The notes under the pieces were generated by a model. That model searched no databases. It saw nothing but the letters and a program-made list of their open reading frames with translations, and was not told where the DNA came from. Shown one piece after another: positions 60,501 to 64,000 of a stretch of DNA of 64,000 nt. Source of the stretch: Massalongia carnosa (taxonomy: Eukaryota); assembly GCA_965645245.1 (NCBI GenBank), contig OZ287070.1, positions 2,914,001 to 2,978,000 of the forward strand. Reading direction: 5' to 3'. A program made the translations under genes and the position numbers. The stretch's first letter is position 1, and each line of letters starts with the position of its first letter.

Positions 60501-63207
60501 TTGACTGTATCGAGTGTCGATGTGTGCTCAGGACCCCAGGCCTTTTCCTTTCCTGTCAATGCTCGCAAGTACATGTCTTCGGCTTCTTTCATCTTGCCTT
60601 GATCCGAGTACAGATTTCCCAGATTGTTGACTGTATCGAGTGTCGATGTGTGCTCAGGACCCCAGGCCTTTTCGTATCCTGTCAATGCTCGCAAGTACAT
60701 GTCTTCGGCTTCTTTCATCTTGCCTTGTTCGCTTGAAAAATCACCAATAGCATGATAGGAAAAATATAGTTTCCATCTCTCATTGCTTTCAATGTTTTGA
60801 GTTCTTTTCCCAATGCAGAAGTGAACACGGCTACAATGATCAAGCAGTCGTTTTCGATGCAGCCAGTTTGCTGAACTGTCAGTGGAATGACATGCCGAAC
60901 CGATTACAGAAACTGCTAAAGAAGCTATATCGTCCTTAGAGGTCCGACTCAAGTGAAAACACCAGTCATGTATAATTGGATGTATCGCATACGATGAGAT
61001 CTCATATCGTGTTTCTATCAAAGAGTAATCCAGCAGTATTTGAATCTTCTGTGTAAAGTCAAACTCCGTTTTCATGCTACATGAAAACCAGGTAGGTAAT
61101 GTCTCTTTGGGGACAATGCTTTCGTGAAGTACAGGCGTGAATAAAGAATACCATAAATCTGAGTGATCGAGATATGCAAACAGATCAAGCAACTTTGCAG
61201 CGCTCGCGTCATTGCGTCGCACATATTCGTAAGAAATGGTATACGTAGACAAAATGTTACGGGGATAATCTTTTAATCGCGTTATTTTGTTGTCGTGAAG
61301 CTTCTCCCAAGTCTCTTCATAGTATCGAATATAGTCGTTCACACTTGTAGCCGTTCCGTGAATATAGGAGCCTGCATGAGCAAGTGCAAGTGGGAGACCA
61401 CCCACTTTCTCGACGATCCTGTCAAGGCCTATATAATGCTTGCTTAGTGAATTGGACTAAGACTGTTGCTTGGTTTTCATTACCTTCGATTGATCGTCCT
61501 ATCCTGTATCGTAATACTTCTGCTCCTTGTAGATTGCTCATTCTCCCAAGCTGCCGGTCATGCCCATGTTGTCGCAGCTGTCGTAATCGGCTTGTGATTA
61601 AAATAGAGCCGTGATTGGCTTCTGGGGAAAATTCATCTACATCATATGATTGAGGATCATCTGCCTCACGCGAATTATCACGATCGATGTTATCGAAAAT
61701 GAGAAGCCATCGGTTGTTTTCGGGTTGATCGAACCAATTCAGAATATTTTTGATGATTTTATCTAGCTCTTCAGGGGATGTTTTGAAGGATCTTGTACAT
61801 AAATCGGGAACTTGATCTTTGGGCAATTTTCGACCAATCTGAGCAAGACTTTGACGTACACTTTCCTTACTATCGCCGTTTAGCCAAAAAATTGAACTGA
61901 AAATCTTCTGTGATATTTGAGCGAACTCGATTGCTAGCTGAGTCTTGCCGGAGCCGCCAAGTCCGTGCAAAACGAACACCTTCCGGCGAGTCTCACGAGT
62001 TGGCTTGGGGAAAAGGTTGTCCTTAAGGTCATTCATTTCCTGATCACGAGCTACGAATTTGGGTACACGGGGTAGGCCTTTCAAACTGAATGGCACTTTG
62101 TATGGACCAGAATCTATTCAAAGATTAAGTAAATCAAAGATTATCAAGGAAACATTAACGCACATTTTCGTGTGGAAAGATTATTTCCGCAGAGCTTCAT
62201 TTGTTTCATTATGCTTTCCAAAGCCACATAGCGGGTTGTGGCGGCCATAATCTTGTTCTTCTGTGCTCCATCTTCGAGTCCAATACTCTCAAGCCCATGA
62301 GAAACATTGAAACGAAAATAGCGATTCCCATCGTCGAGATCTGAATGTGCTCGATGGAAAGACTCCGCTGTTTTTTCTGTCTCTGTTGCAATGTCTTGCA
62401 ATGTTTTTGCAATCTCGAAGAGGCTTGAGCCATAAGAATCCAAGGATGGAACACCGGTACCGATAGATATCAGGCATTTAATGTTTCCCTCAAGCGCTTC
62501 ATCTGACCACACACTTTTGGCCTCGTTCCAAAGCTGTGCGACAGGATTGTTAGCCCCCACAGCCCCGTCGACAAATTCTTCTTCAAACTGGCCAATTCTG
62601 ATTGGATCAAAGAGGGATGATGCGGCAGATGTGGCTCGAGCTGCCTCCCAAATTCGTGTCTTATGGTACATATCTGAGGATCCTCGAGAAGGATACGATG
62701 TGAAAAGGACTGTGTCGGCAGTCTCTTTGCTCAGAGCGCATACAAATCTAGCCTTCGTTAATATCACTAGAATAGTACGTGAAAATGCAACTTCCAAAGC
62801 ACTGACACTTTGCACTGCTGATTCTCCGATCCTTTGAGGAGAGCATTTTCGCCTGCCTTGTCCTTCCGCTTTACGATTTCTCGAATCGACCGTTCCAGCT
62901 CTTCTGTGTCGAATCTCCCTTGTACGTGTCCGTTTATTGTGACACGATGCCACTTTTTTTGAAACACTTGATCGAACAATGCGACATAAGCATCGATACA
63001 TTCATCAATGTTCATCTCAAGACGACCCAGCATGATAGCAATCAATCCACCGGTACTTGTCCCTCCGATCATGTCGAAATACTCGCATGGCTTCGGCGGC
63101 GCATCCGGATTAATGATCTCCATCAGTCGCTTGAGGATTGCGAGTGACGATAGCCCTCGCACTCCACCTCCATCGAGAGATAATAGGCATAAGTCATTAT
63201 CTGGCAT
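57521..63207 (-). CDS. Fungal NLR: patatin-like phospholipase + NB-ARC + TPR array; predicted introns 62748..62806, 62114..62163, 61429..61483
   Basis: DGGGVRG, GTSTG nucleophile elbow, FVDGA; P-loop GLGGSGKT, Walker B LLIFDNID, GLPLAL; three GT-AG introns join four ORFs in frame. Confidence 0.93.
57537..60727 (-). repeat. Intragenic tandem array: 25 full 126-bp (42-aa) TPR units plus a partial unit
   Basis: Unit QGKMKEAEDMYLRALTG[Y/K]EKAWGPEHTSTL[D/G]TVNNLG[N/L/V]LY[SD/KN]. Confidence 0.97.
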
Positions 63208-63841
63208 GACAGAAGGTCCTGAACTTCTTATATTATACAGCTAGCCTGTTAAGAATGTGCAGAAGTCGTATCACATAGTGGGCTATGTGAAGAATGGGTG
63301 CAAAAAGGTGAATCTATGTGGCAGGGCGGGGTGACAAGATAAGTGGCAGTTATGTAAGCTAGGTTCCCGCCAAAAATATGGAGTTTTGAGAATGTACAAA
63401 TCAGGCTACTTCATTTCAGCCGCACTCACCTTCTACCGCACGAGTATGGCGCACGCTAATGGCTAGACGTATCGCTAGTCCATACCGTACATTGTCTATA
63501 AATCTAGGTGTCAGAACGTAAACTGACACGGCTGACAAAAAATCAGCTGGGGACATCAGTGATATCCGCACCCAGCCCCACGAAAATCCCCTGTGATATC
63601 TCTGATATCTCACGGTGAACTTATAGCCTGCTACCATATAAATAAGCACCTGCTGCCATCTAATTACTGGTTGAAAAATAGCCATTTGCTTACTAAGCAT
63701 CAAAATTTCACCTACGCCTTCATTAATTATTCAGCTCAATTTCTTCACTTTTCAGCCCTACCACACTTGCGCCCGCGTTCAATCTCAGCCCTATCGGTCG
63801 CACGCGCAGAACACCTCCAATACACAGTCACTCTCCCCCTT

Positions 63842-64000
63842 ATGAAATATTTACCAATAGCTACCGTCGAACAAGTTCAGCGTAATCTGGACAATGACAC
63901 CGCCAATTTTCGTGCACAGCACTCTGCCCTGGCCTTGACGCAAATTAGCAGGCCCAAAAACACCAATCGCGCGTATACTCGGGTGGTCAAGGAATGGAAG
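63842..64000 (+). CDS. Partial ORF at the window edge, possibly a Crypton-type tyrosine recombinase / NDC10-II N-terminus
   Basis: MKYLPIATVEQVQRNL...SRPKNTNRAYTRVVKEWK; RPKNTxxAY...KEW resembles fungal Crypton-derived proteins (recalled, not searched). Confidence 0.4.
   Translation, partial: MKYLPIATVEQVQRNLDNDTANFRAQHSALALTQISRPKNTNRAYTRVVKEWK

Noticed and set aside
57537..60727. CRISPR-like or satellite array
   Set aside because: No unique spacers; units are in-frame coding repeats of a eukaryotic gene
57575..60736. 1053-aa Cys-rich ORF on the plus strand
   Set aside because: Antisense shadow of the 126-bp TPR repeat; one stop-free unit repeated 25 times gives a long ORF automatically

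Overview
Filamentous-ascomycete-type genomic DNA (short GT-AG introns, fungal TE families). About 56 kb is a nested transposon cluster. It holds three Ty3/Gypsy chromovirus-type families: E at the left edge, two near-identical inverted 6388-bp copies of A plus an older decayed copy A', and D. It also holds two Ty1/Copia elements (B, split into three pieces, and C nested in it), a MULE nested in a MULE, a two-gene Tc1/mariner element with ~210-bp TIRs, an internally deleted Helitron and several solo LTRs. The right end carries an apparently intact patatin-NB-ARC-TPR NLR gene with 25 near-identical 126-bp repeats, then the start of a possible Crypton-like ORF. Main observations: (1) target-site duplications swapped between the two A copies and a copia ORF rejoined across them indicate a 10.9-kb inversion; (2) the Tc1 element carries a large uncharacterised second gene; (3) gypsy D carries a decayed antisense six-cysteine ORF; (4) the NLR repeat array varies combinatorially at four sites. 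All calls are by-eye motif and sequence comparisons; no database searches were run.
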